A stretch of 64,000 nucleotides of DNA, from contig CAVUSO010000001.1 of the NCBI GenBank assembly GCA_963744145.1, forward strand, positions 6,848,001 through 6,912,000, given 5' to 3'. The translations under genes were made by a program, and so were the position numbers. Positions within the stretch are counted from its first letter, which is position 1. Every line of letters begins with the position of its first letter. Origin of the DNA: an uncultured cyanobacterium (lineage in GTDB: Bacteria > Cyanobacteriota > Cyanobacteriia > Cyanobacteriales > CAWUOF01). Positions 20,598-29,360 of the stretch are shown here, in pieces. The notes beneath the pieces are model-generated. The model searched no databases and was not told where the DNA came from. It worked only from the letters and a program-made list of their open reading frames with translations.

Positions 20598-22604
20598 TTA
20601 GGTATCTTTAGCGAGGGACTTTAAATAAGTCTCGATCGCTTCTGTAGCAAGCTGAACCACAGGTTTCCCTTGACGTTCGGCTTCTGCTTTCAGTTCACTA
20701 TAGATTTCATCACGAACGCTAATTCTACGGCGGATTTTATTAGTACCGGCTGTAGAAGATTCTTCAGGGGTAGGAACCTCGCCATTGGCGCTAGTAGTGG
20801 ATGTAACAACTGGATCGTTAGTATCAATGGTCATTGCGGTAACAGTCTCGTAATTGGCGGCAAACTGACGAATGGATTCTAGACCGACGCGATCGCAAAA
20901 ATTCCCGAAACTTTCACCTGATTGCCGTTTTTGCTGGAAATAGACAAAAATTGGCTCCAGACTGGTTTCTAAGTCATTTATGTTGAGCTTTTCCAAATAA
21001 GGAACAGCTAACCGCGTCTGGTTTGGGGCACCACCCAGCCAGATCTGATAACTATTCGGTGCGCTACCGACAAACCCCAACTCCGCCATATATGGTCTAG
21101 CGCAGCCATTAGGGCAACCCGTCATCCGCACCACAAAATGCTCTTGCTCAAGTCCGAGTTTGTCCAATAGCGCCCGAATTCGATCCAGTATACCAGGAAT
21201 AGCCCTTTCTGATTCAGTAATGGCCAAACCACAAGTTGGTAATGCTGGACAAGCCATAGAATAGCGCACTAACGGGTCAATTACATTAACTAATAAAATT
21301 CCATTCCGATCGAGAATTTCTTGAATTTCTTGCTTTTGATTCGGTAAAATCTCGTAAAGAATCACATTTTGATGTGGTGTTACCAGGATTGGGACCTGAT
21401 ATTTTTGCACGATTTCCCGCAAAGCAGTTTTTAATTGAAATTTACCTTCATCTTTAATCCGACCATTGTCGATGGAAATACCTAAAAATAATTTGCCATC
21501 TCCCTGTTCGTTCCACCCGAGAAAATCTAAATATTTCCACGGAGGTAAATCTTGAAAAGGAGCAAGGGGTTTACCAAAGTAACTGGTAACAGTCTGACGA
21601 AATTTATCAATTCCCCATTCCTGGATTAAATATTTGAGTCGAGCATGACGACGATCGGAGCGATCGCCATAATCTCTTTGAGTCGCGACGATCGCTTTTA
21701 CCAAATCATAAACATCATCTTTGGCAACAAAGCCAAGCGGATCGGCGATCCGGACAAAGGTTTCTTCTTTTCCATGAGTCCGACCTAAACCTCCACCGAC
21801 AAAGACATTAAATCCCTCTAGTTCCCCGGATGAATTAGTGATTACCACCAAGCTTAAATCTTGGGAATAAAGATCGATCGAGTTATCTTCCGGTACAGTG
21901 ACCGCAATTTTGAATTTGCGCGGCATATAATGGGTGCCATAAATCGGCTCTTCACCCTCAGTAAAAACCGTACCATGAAGATTTTGCTGTCTGGCTGCTT
22001 TGGCTTTTGGATCTTCTTCCCCACTAATCGCTAGTTCTCCATCTAGCCAAATTTCATAATAAGCGCCTGTTTGTGGTTTTAAAAAATCTGCAATCCTCTG
22101 GGCATACTGATGGGCATACTGATATTCTGGCCGATTTTTGTAGGGAGCTGGTGGAGCCATTACATTGCGATTCACATCACCACAAGCACCAAGAGTCGAT
22201 CCCATATTTTTGACGATCGCACTAATCACGGTTTTCAGATTTTTTTTCAACACCCCATGAATCTGAAATCCTTGACGGGTAGTCGCGCGAATTGTGTGAT
22301 TACCATATTCATCTGCTAGGCGATCGAGAGTAAGATAGAGTTGGGGCGCAATCAACCCTCCCGGATTGCGAGTCCGCAACATCATCTGGTAGTCCTTCTC
22401 CTGTCCTTTTACCCGATTATCCCGGTTATCCTGTTGATAAGAACCGTGAAACTTCAGGAGTTGAATCCCCTCTTCACTGAAGTGGGTCGTATCTTCAAGG
22501 ATCTCCGTCGCGATCGGTTCACGCAAAAAATTGCTCCGTTCTTTGATTCCTTCCACTTTGGATGGTTTACTAGCTGAGGAAATTGATGTGGGAGATGTAA
22601 CCAT
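20598..22604 (-). CDS. sir: Ferredoxin-dependent sulfite reductase
   Basis: [26 protein letters not shown] and GCPNGC siroheme/4Fe-4S ligands. Confidence 0.95.
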   Translation of the reverse strand: MVTSPTSISSASKPSKVEGIKERSNFLREPIATEILEDTTHFSEEGIQLLKFHGSYQQDNRDNRVKGQEKDYQMMLRTRNPGGLIAPQLYLTLDRLADEYGNHTIRATTRQGFQIHGVLKKNLKTVISAIVKNMGSTLGACGDVNRNVMAPPAPYKNRPEYQYAHQYAQRIADFLKPQTGAYYEIWLDGELAISGEEDPKAKAARQQNLHGTVFTEGEEPIYGTHYMPRKFKIAVTVPEDNSIDLYSQDLSLVVITNSSGELEGFNVFVGGGLGRTHGKEETFVRIADPLGFVAKDDVYDLVKAIVATQRDYGDRSDRRHARLKYLIQEWGIDKFRQTVTSYFGKPLAPFQDLPPWKYLDFLGWNEQGDGKLFLGISIDNGRIKDEGKFQLKTALREIVQKYQVPILVTPHQNVILYEILPNQKQEIQEILDRNGILLVNVIDPLVRYSMACPALPTCGLAITESERAIPGILDRIRALLDKLGLEQEHFVVRMTGCPNGCARPYMAELGFVGSAPNSYQIWLGGAPNQTRLAVPYLEKLNINDLETSLEPIFVYFQQKRQSGESFGNFCDRVGLESIRQFAANYETVTAMTIDTNDPVVTSTTSANGEVPTPEESSTAGTNKIRRRISVRDEIYSELKAEAERQGKPVVQLATEAIETYLKSLAKDT

Positions 22605-22771
22605 TGGAACTACCGTAGAATTTAGAAATAAGCGAACTGGTGAGCAAGTTAACCGACTAATTTGAATTATTTAACCGCTGATACACAGATAGTCATCAAA
22701 TTTAACATCGGTAAATTGGTCGTCATTCTGTAGAATTTATTAATTTTACCATTAAAGGTGGGACTGATTAG

Positions 22772-23701
22772 CTAGGATGACTCAATTAATAATTTTTTAA
22801 TCCAAGTTAAAATTTCCTGGTTGACTCTTTCCGGGTATTCCTCATAAAAACAATGACCAGCAGCAGCCAGTTCAATGAAAATTAAATGAGCATGACATTG
22901 AGCTATTTGTCTTCCCCAAGTTAAGGGTACAATTCGATCTTGTTCACCCCATAGCAGAAGTATGGGATGCTGTAGATTGGTCAGTAGTTCTTTGACACTG
23001 GGACAAAAATCAATTCTAGCTCGCGATCGGGCTAGTTGAGCAAATGCTTGAGCGGCTCCTCGGTCTTGGATAGGTAGAAAAAATATGGAAACTGCTTCTT
23101 CTGTCAGTGAGTCAGCATGAGCATAAGCAAACTTAGCGATCGAGCGAATGACTGATTTACGACTGAGCAATAGTTTAAATAACGGCCATAATAATAGTGG
23201 GGAAGAAAACAACCCCTCAATTTTAGCGACCAAAGGTTGCCATTGCGGTGCCAGAAAATCTTGTCTGGCGGGTGGTATAGTCAATAAAATCAATCCCCTT
23301 GTCATTTCTGGATAAGTTGATGCTGCTGTTAAAACTACCAAAGCACCAAGGGAGTGACCGATAAAAATCACTGGTTGACCAATTACTAGACGCCAAAAAT
23401 CATAAATCTGTGCTACCCATAAATCAGTTCCATATTCGGCGATCGCTTTTTGAGAAGCACCAAAACCTAATAAATCTAAAGCATAGATGGGGTGATGTTG
23501 ACTGATCGGATCAAAATTATAACGCCATTGTCCCAATCCTGAACCAAAACCATGCACAAACATTAAAGGAATGCTTGACTCTGGACTATCTGTTGTCGGA
23601 CTCCGAAAGTAAGTATAGCGGATTTTCCAACCTCTCCAAACCCAATCCCGTTGTGAACCAATTTGATTTTGCCAAGATTTAACTGATGGTTGGGCTGACA
23701 T
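22772..23701 (-). CDS. Alpha/beta hydrolase
   Basis: HGFG, DLLGFG, GHSLG, WGEQD and GHC motifs. Confidence 0.88.
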   Translation of the reverse strand: MSAQPSVKSWQNQIGSQRDWVWRGWKIRYTYFRSPTTDSPESSIPLMFVHGFGSGLGQWRYNFDPISQHHPIYALDLLGFGASQKAIAEYGTDLWVAQIYDFWRLVIGQPVIFIGHSLGALVVLTAASTYPEMTRGLILLTIPPARQDFLAPQWQPLVAKIEGLFSSPLLLWPLFKLLLSRKSVIRSIAKFAYAHADSLTEEAVSIFFLPIQDRGAAQAFAQLARSRARIDFCPSVKELLTNLQHPILLLWGEQDRIVPLTWGRQIAQCHAHLIFIELAAAGHCFYEEYPERVNQEILTWIKKLLIESS

Positions 23702-23749
23702 AAAATAATATTGATCAAGTAAATTATAAAGCGTTTACAAGCTGTCACC

Positions 23750-23800
23750 GAGAAAGCCCACCTCTGCAAGGGGTTGGGATGAATCGGATGCAGTTGGCTT
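23750..23800. mobile_element. Possible IS200/IS605-type end remnant
   Basis: GAAAGCCCACCTCTGCAAGGGGTTGGGATGAAT hairpin resembles cyanobacterial IS605-family termini; no transposase nearby. Confidence 0.35.
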
Positions 23801-24033
23801 AGGGGCAGTGAATATTAATTATAAATCTATACATATATTTTATCTAAGAAAATCAATATTCAAGTGAGGAAATTTAAAGGATTGGTCAAGGAATATTAAA
23901 GCTTTAGTAATTGCTCCTGAGTAATACCAGGGTAAACGCATCTAAATAAGTTTGACAAAAATCTTAATCTGTGCATCAAAAATCAAAGGGATTAGGCCAA
24001 TATAGTTGATGAAAAATTCTCATACAGAAATAA

Positions 24034-24061
24034 GTAGGGGCGTATTGCAATACGCCCCTAC
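24034..24061. repeat. GTAG-type REP palindrome
   Basis: Perfect 28-bp palindrome GTAGGGGCGTATTGCAATACGCCCCTAC; its core recurs at 53646-53665. Confidence 0.8.
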
Positions 24062-24205
24062 TAAATGTATCATGAGATGGAATTCCATTCGGTAATTCTA
24101 AAAAGGTTTTTAACCATTTATATTTAGCTTTGCCGTACTCTTCAATGGCTAACCAACCATCAGCACCACACAGAACTGCTAAAATAGCAATCCCCACAAT
24201 ATCAC
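24058..24205 (-). mobile_element. ISAs1-family transposase N-terminal fragment (pseudogene)
   Basis: DIVGIAILAVLCGADGWLAIEEYGKAKYKWLKTFLELPNGIPSHDTFSR is the ISAs1 transposase-associated N-terminal motif; truncated at the REP palindrome. Confidence 0.85.
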
Positions 24206-24220
24206 TTTTCTAACTTGCGC

Positions 24221-24277
24221 CGCTACTGGCATTATTTTGTTACCATTGTTTTGGGGGTATTTGTGGCGACTTTTGGC
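24221..24277 (+). repeat. Diverged partial copy of the ycf33 5' coding region (direct repeat with 33464-33520)
   Basis: 49/57 nt identical by manual alignment; encodes RYWHYFVTIVLGVFVATFG versus RYMRYFVTIILGVFVAAFG. Confidence 0.8.
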
Positions 24278-24361
24278 ATTATCCATAAAATTAACACCCT
24301 AGAGTCAGACGTATTTTTATCCCTGAAACTCCTGACTTCCTGATCGAGATAGGAATACCTC

Positions 24362-24575
24362 TCAAATCTCTACAGTTTTGAATAGAAGTGATTCAAATAA
24401 TGGATCGCCAAAGGTCATCAATCGTAAAGATGGATGCTCGTCAAAGGCAGAGAACCCATTCGAGGGCGGGTATATAAAAATCAACAATCAGGTTATCTTC
24501 ATCGCTGCCATAACCGATTTTCCAGTCGCGATCGCGCAATGAGCGAGAATTAATTTTGTACAGGCTTGGGGTCAT
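24362..24575 (-). pseudogene. Remnant of SNF2-family helicase of the DUF499/DUF1156 system (N- and C-termini only)
   Basis: ATG overlaps the vapC stop. MTPSLYKINSRSLRDRDWKIGYGSDEDNLIVDFYIPALE, then in another frame FDEHPSLRLMTFGDPLFESLL*. Both resemble, from memory, the termini of these cyanobacterial helicases. Confidence 0.6.
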
Positions 24576-24967
24576 GGTTCTAACCAATTCTCGATCCGTA
24601 AGTTGGGAATATTCTCAAAGTCACGAACATTGGCAGTAACCATGATATCTTGGCGGGATCGGGCAATGGCTGCGATCGCAGCATCTAGGATACCTGTTGG
24701 TTTACCGATACTCCTGAGTTCAGCTTGGATTTTGCCAAATTCGATCGCAGCATCCCAATCAAAATCAACGACATCGACTAAATCGATTAATTCCTCAATA
24801 GTAGCAAGGTTTTTATTGACTCTTTGGGAACAGTATGCCCCCTTATATAATTCTGCCAATACAATTGTAGAAATACAGCAATCTTCTCCTCTAGAGTCAA
24901 ACAGTGGTTTTGCTAGGGGATGATCTTGAGAAATGGCGATCGCAATATTTGTGTCTAATTGATACAT
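24572..24967 (-). CDS. vapC: VapC-family PIN toxin
   Basis: LDTN, ELYKG, DAAIAAIA and TANVRDF PIN motifs. Confidence 0.9.
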   Translation of the reverse strand: MYQLDTNIAIAISQDHPLAKPLFDSRGEDCCISTIVLAELYKGAYCSQRVNKNLATIEELIDLVDVVDFDWDAAIEFGKIQAELRSIGKPTGILDAAIAAIARSRQDIMVTANVRDFENIPNLRIENWLEP

Positions 24968-24972
24968 TTTTT

Positions 24973-25374
24973 CTAGGATTCAAAACTAACATCGACTCTA
25001 CCCAAATCAGCATGTCTTTCTTGTTCAATCTCACTAAATATTTCTAGTAGTTTAGTATCGCCCTTCCATGACTGAATTACTGAGTCGAGTTTAGCCTTTC
25101 TTTCTGCTTTAGTCAGTGCTTTTTTAGGATGTTTCCAGTATTTTTGTCGCCAAGTTCGCTCAGCATCTTTTTCAAGCTGCATCTGGGCAAAAACTTTTGT
25201 CAGGTCATCGTCGTCATTTTCTGGTTGATTGCAGGGAGACACATTTGGTAAGGAATGATCATTATTCTGTTGAACCAGATCTGGAATTTCAATTGAAATT
25301 TCCTGACCATCGGGAATGTCTAGTTCTTGTAGAAGCTCGATCGCTTGACCGCGTTTAATTCCTTTAACTATCAT
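24973..25374 (-). CDS. Putative antitoxin upstream of vapC
   Basis: N-terminal KGIKRGQAIELLQELDIPDGQEI beta-rich motif; ends 5 nt before the vapC start. Confidence 0.6.
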   Translation of the reverse strand: MIVKGIKRGQAIELLQELDIPDGQEISIEIPDLVQQNNDHSLPNVSPCNQPENDDDDLTKVFAQMQLEKDAERTWRQKYWKHPKKALTKAERKAKLDSVIQSWKGDTKLLEIFSEIEQERHADLGRVDVSFES

Positions 25375-25392
25375 AGTAATAATCCTTGTTCG

Positions 25393-26019
25393 TTAATCTA
25401 AGTTTTTCTCGCACTCTTGGAAAATGTAGTGCAATACTCCCAATAAGGTAGGCGGATCGCCTAAAGAATAAGGAGTAGATTCAAAAACTTGTCCACTTAG
25501 ATTGAGTTTATAAAATACCCATCCTTGTCCATTAGTGACTATTCCCAATATGTCTATGTGCTTTCCTGCTTGGTTGTTTTCCCATTGGCAGGCTTGCATT
25601 TCCACAAGACATTGAGCTAATCCTTGCTCAAAGTCATCACGCTTTGCTTCAACAATACACAAGAAAGGTGTATCTAGGTAATCTTGTCTTTCTGCAATCA
25701 GATAATCGGCATTACCCACTAAGACATCGCTCTCAATTTTACCACCTTTCCAAATTTTGAGTTTTTCAATACCTTCCATTGCTTCTTCACAGAAAGCATC
25801 GATCAATAATTTTTTGGATTCTTCATAGGTACGAAGGTCAAAGTTACGATGTAAGCGCTCTAGGCGTTTGGTGAAAAAGTCAGTAGGTTCAAGATTGGGG
25901 GATTGGATTACCCAAGGTAATAGAGTCTTAATACCTAGCTGTTTGTAAGCTGAGGCAAGATTAAATCCAGAAAAACTTCTCTTTTTAACTTTGGGTGTTT
26001 TTGGTGTAGTTTTTGCCAT
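25393..26019 (-). CDS. HsdR N-terminal-like PD-(D/E)xK nuclease-fold protein
   Basis: ADYLI...CIVEAKRDD..GLAQ..GIVTNG..W.F pattern. Confidence 0.7.
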   Translation of the reverse strand: MAKTTPKTPKVKKRSFSGFNLASAYKQLGIKTLLPWVIQSPNLEPTDFFTKRLERLHRNFDLRTYEESKKLLIDAFCEEAMEGIEKLKIWKGGKIESDVLVGNADYLIAERQDYLDTPFLCIVEAKRDDFEQGLAQCLVEMQACQWENNQAGKHIDILGIVTNGQGWVFYKLNLSGQVFESTPYSLGDPPTLLGVLHYIFQECEKNLD

Positions 26020-26087
26020 TTTTTAGATACTCCTATTCAGTGATGTTGAATCAAATTTAACCAATTGATCCAAGCGCGAAGCTTGCG

Positions 26088-28946
26088 CTATGGGTCTTCT
26101 TCAGCATTATCAAAATCCAAACCCATCTGACCACCTGTAAAGTCAATTTCTGGCTGGACATAAACTACTTGGGCTTTGATTTCATCCATTGCTAGCCAGA
26201 GGTCAGCGAGGGCTTTTTCTTCGGGGATGCGTTTGCGCGGATCGCTGATGTGGGGGATGACGCGCAGGGCTACTTCCCACGATCGCATAAACATCTCATT
26301 GCTGAGTAAACCTGTGGCTTTCATGAAGCGGCGGACGGGTTCGATGATTTGTTCTTCGAGGTAGATGGCGATAATGGCGTGCAGTCCATCGATGAGATAA
26401 CGGGCGGAAAATTCATTGTCAACGAGGGAGAAGGCGTGTTTTTTATAGCGTTGTTCGGGGCTGAGGAATTTGCAAGTACCGCTTTTGATGTCTAGGAGTT
26501 TGTAGGTTTTACCGAGGTCGGTAACGTTGAAACCGCCAACGGCGAGGGCTAGCTGTCGGGCATCATCAAAGGGAAATTCACGGGCACCGAAAGCATCCCA
26601 AGCAAGGAAATACCATTGCGTCAGTGGGTCAAATCCTGCGGTGTCGGTTTGGGCGAGTTTGCGGAAGCGGTAATTGGCTACGGCTTTTCGGGCTTCAGCA
26701 AAGGCAACTTCGGGGCGAACTTCTATACCCGTGCTGTCGAGGATGGGATAGTTGCGGGAAAAAACATTGAGGGCGGGACCAAAGGCGCTGAGGTAAAGAT
26801 CGATACCTTGAATCTCGTTCGCTTCAAATTCGGGGGCGCGTTGTTCGACCAGGTTGGCAACTTCGGGGCGGAGGTCATCCCACCATGCTTGTCCTGCGTT
26901 AGGGTCGCGTTTGCGGCAAACGAGCAGGACGGTACTAGAAACGCTATTTTTCTGGGCTTGGTGCAGGTTTTGCGGGTTTTCGGTACTTACTGCCCAGCTT
27001 GCAGTAATTTCAAATCCTGCGACGATCAGGGATTGGGCAAGAACATCCCATGCGCCAGAGTCTTTGTGATTAAACTGCACGGTCATTACGCCGTTATCTT
27101 TGAGAACGCGGTAATATTCACCAAATGCCATTTGCATTTTGGCTTCATAGTCTCGATCGGCGAGTTCTTTGGGGCTGACTCCCATATCTCGAAAACGTCC
27201 CTGATTGGCAATTGTTTCTCTATCTTTATCTGTAAGTTCTGTAATGAATAATTCTGGAAAAACATCTTTTAAGCTTGCATATAACCAAACATAAAAAAAG
27301 TCCGATAATTCTCCATAACGAATTGCGTCATAATAGGGAGGATCGGTAACAATTGAATCAATGCTTTGGTTAGCTAAATGAAAGAGGCTATTGGCTGAAG
27401 CTAAGTCAATTTGAAATGTTTTTTCTATATGATTTCCTAATTCTTGAAAGCTTGATGAATTTATTTTTGTAGAAAGATAATCACAGAGTTTTGTGTAATC
27501 ATCAGATGCAGATTTTGCCTGGTATTCCCACAGTCTCCCACAACCATTAGTTTCTGGATAATTCCACATTAAATTTAATGAATGAGTTCCTGAAGCAGAT
27601 TCTACTTTTGGTCCAGTAACGTTAATGTGAGCTAATCGATTATTTTTATCAACACATCGATCTAAAACCATACTGAGATATGTGGCGATCGCCTGTAATT
27701 TTTCATCGCATAATTCTTCTCTAATTTTTTCCTTAGTCTCATTGATGATCTCAACATAATTCACCAAAGTTAAAAGCTGACGAGGATTAAACATTTGATG
27801 CCAATAATGTATGCCATATAAATACATATCAGGACCACGATGAGTATTTGAAGGAATTTCTTGATGTGGTAAACATTCTAAATCTCTAAACCTTGTTCTA
27901 CTTTTTTCTAAAAAATAATTAGCTTTCTCAACACCATCTAAATCGATACTATTAGGAATACGAAAATTTAAACTACTTGATCCTTCTTTGAAAGCAACTG
28001 CGTAAAGTTGATGACCTAAACCTTCATTCTGTGCTTGCTTTTTAATGATTGCATCTTCAAGAACTGAGTCACAATTCAGACATTTTCCGACACCTCGACT
28101 AATCGTAGTAAAATCATCAGGATTATAATTACCATCGTTTGTTTGAATAGAATTACCTTTACCCTTTTTGCCTTTAATTAATTCAAAATCAATCCGTTTT
28201 TCTGCCAGATTTGGAATTGGTTTAACCGCACAAATTCCACCTTTTTTTATCGCACTCGACGATCTATCAAGCCACCAATTCGGACTAAGCGGCACTGTTG
28301 ACTGACAATTCGGACAAACTACGGTATGCGCCCAGAGATAATTTTGTACATTCTTGTTATCCTGAGACGGAAAAAACTCACTTAGTCGCTTTTCTGCCTC
28401 ATCACCAACCCACTTCACCCATTTATCAATATCCTCCTGCAACGCCCCTCCAAACTTTAATGGAAACTCGATCGCTGCCTTCATCGTCACCACCGCTACA
28501 GGATTCAGGTCAGATGCAAACACCCGCAACCCATACCGCGCCGTCTCAAAAGGTATCGACCCACCACCCGCAAACGCATCTAAAACCGCAGGAGTCTTAT
28601 CCCCCCACATCTGCTCGCAAAGCTCCTGCACCCGCTTCACCCGTTCGGGAGTTGGCGGCGTTTTGTATAACTTTGTGCGTTGGTGGCGATCGCTCTTCTC
28701 TACCTCCGTCTCGCGGCGATCGGTTCTAGCCCGATCCAACCCTAGCAAATACTCAAACTCTTCCATGCTGATATCCGCAGGTAACAACGAACCCAACACA
28801 CTTGCCCGACTAAAGGACAACGGCTTCCGCGAATACCACCGATGCAAACCCTTAAACGGATTGCCCCCATTTTCATAGTAAACCTGCTCGTTCAGCAGCT
28901 TTACAGGCATAATCTTTTCAATAAAAACTGGTTTGCGATCGGTCAT
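26088..28946 (-). CDS. DUF1156 adenine-specific DNA methyltransferase
   Basis: LHRWYSRKPL, SAM motif DAFAGGGSIP, CPNC/CLNC Zn finger and catalytic TDPPY. Confidence 0.88.
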   Translation of the reverse strand: MTDRKPVFIEKIMPVKLLNEQVYYENGGNPFKGLHRWYSRKPLSFSRASVLGSLLPADISMEEFEYLLGLDRARTDRRETEVEKSDRHQRTKLYKTPPTPERVKRVQELCEQMWGDKTPAVLDAFAGGGSIPFETARYGLRVFASDLNPVAVVTMKAAIEFPLKFGGALQEDIDKWVKWVGDEAEKRLSEFFPSQDNKNVQNYLWAHTVVCPNCQSTVPLSPNWWLDRSSSAIKKGGICAVKPIPNLAEKRIDFELIKGKKGKGNSIQTNDGNYNPDDFTTISRGVGKCLNCDSVLEDAIIKKQAQNEGLGHQLYAVAFKEGSSSLNFRIPNSIDLDGVEKANYFLEKSRTRFRDLECLPHQEIPSNTHRGPDMYLYGIHYWHQMFNPRQLLTLVNYVEIINETKEKIREELCDEKLQAIATYLSMVLDRCVDKNNRLAHINVTGPKVESASGTHSLNLMWNYPETNGCGRLWEYQAKSASDDYTKLCDYLSTKINSSSFQELGNHIEKTFQIDLASANSLFHLANQSIDSIVTDPPYYDAIRYGELSDFFYVWLYASLKDVFPELFITELTDKDRETIANQGRFRDMGVSPKELADRDYEAKMQMAFGEYYRVLKDNGVMTVQFNHKDSGAWDVLAQSLIVAGFEITASWAVSTENPQNLHQAQKNSVSSTVLLVCRKRDPNAGQAWWDDLRPEVANLVEQRAPEFEANEIQGIDLYLSAFGPALNVFSRNYPILDSTGIEVRPEVAFAEARKAVANYRFRKLAQTDTAGFDPLTQWYFLAWDAFGAREFPFDDARQLALAVGGFNVTDLGKTYKLLDIKSGTCKFLSPEQRYKKHAFSLVDNEFSARYLIDGLHAIIAIYLEEQIIEPVRRFMKATGLLSNEMFMRSWEVALRVIPHISDPRKRIPEEKALADLWLAMDEIKAQVVYVQPEIDFTGGQMGLDFDNAEEDP

Positions 28947-29033
28947 GGGAATATTACAAATAGTTATGATAAATTTTACGATAAAATGGACAAGATAAGT
29001 AAATCTTTAGATTCTTTTTTTTTATCTGCTACT

Positions 29034-29228
29034 ATGAGTCAATTACAAGGAAAACAGTGCGTTACCGTCACCATTGAAGCTTTGCATCTATGGCATAGGC
29101 AGCAAATTGAAGCACAACTGCAAAGATTCTATACTAACCGTAATTCCCATAGCCTTCAAGAAGAAGAAGAATGGGCGCAAGCAACTCAAGAGCAAGCGAT
29201 CGCTAGTTGGGAACATAAAGGATCGTAG
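29034..29228 (+). pseudogene. CopG/RHH-type antitoxin, apparently internally deleted
   Basis: MSQLQGKQCVTVTI joined directly to EALHLWHRQQIEAQL; the RHH helices expected in between are missing. Confidence 0.45.
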
Positions 29229-29231
29229 CGC

Positions 29232-29288
29232 ATGAGCGATTTGCCGCAGCAAGGCAAAATCTATTTAGCCGTGATGGTGCTAGCATAA
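29232..29288 (+). pseudogene. PemK/MazF toxin N-terminal stub
   Basis: MSDLPQQGKIYLA (PxxGxIY start typical of MazF) directly after the antitoxin, then an early stop. Confidence 0.4.
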
Positions 29289-29360
29289 CATTATCGTTAT
29301 TACAAATTGTATTAACATATATGATTGTTATCTGTGGAACCCTGAGTTGAAACTCTTGCA

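Noticed and set aside
26176..28878. Plus-strand ORFs overlapping the methylase (e.g. 26616-27251, 28298-28729)
   Set aside because: Antisense shadows of GC-rich coding segments with no recognisable motifs.
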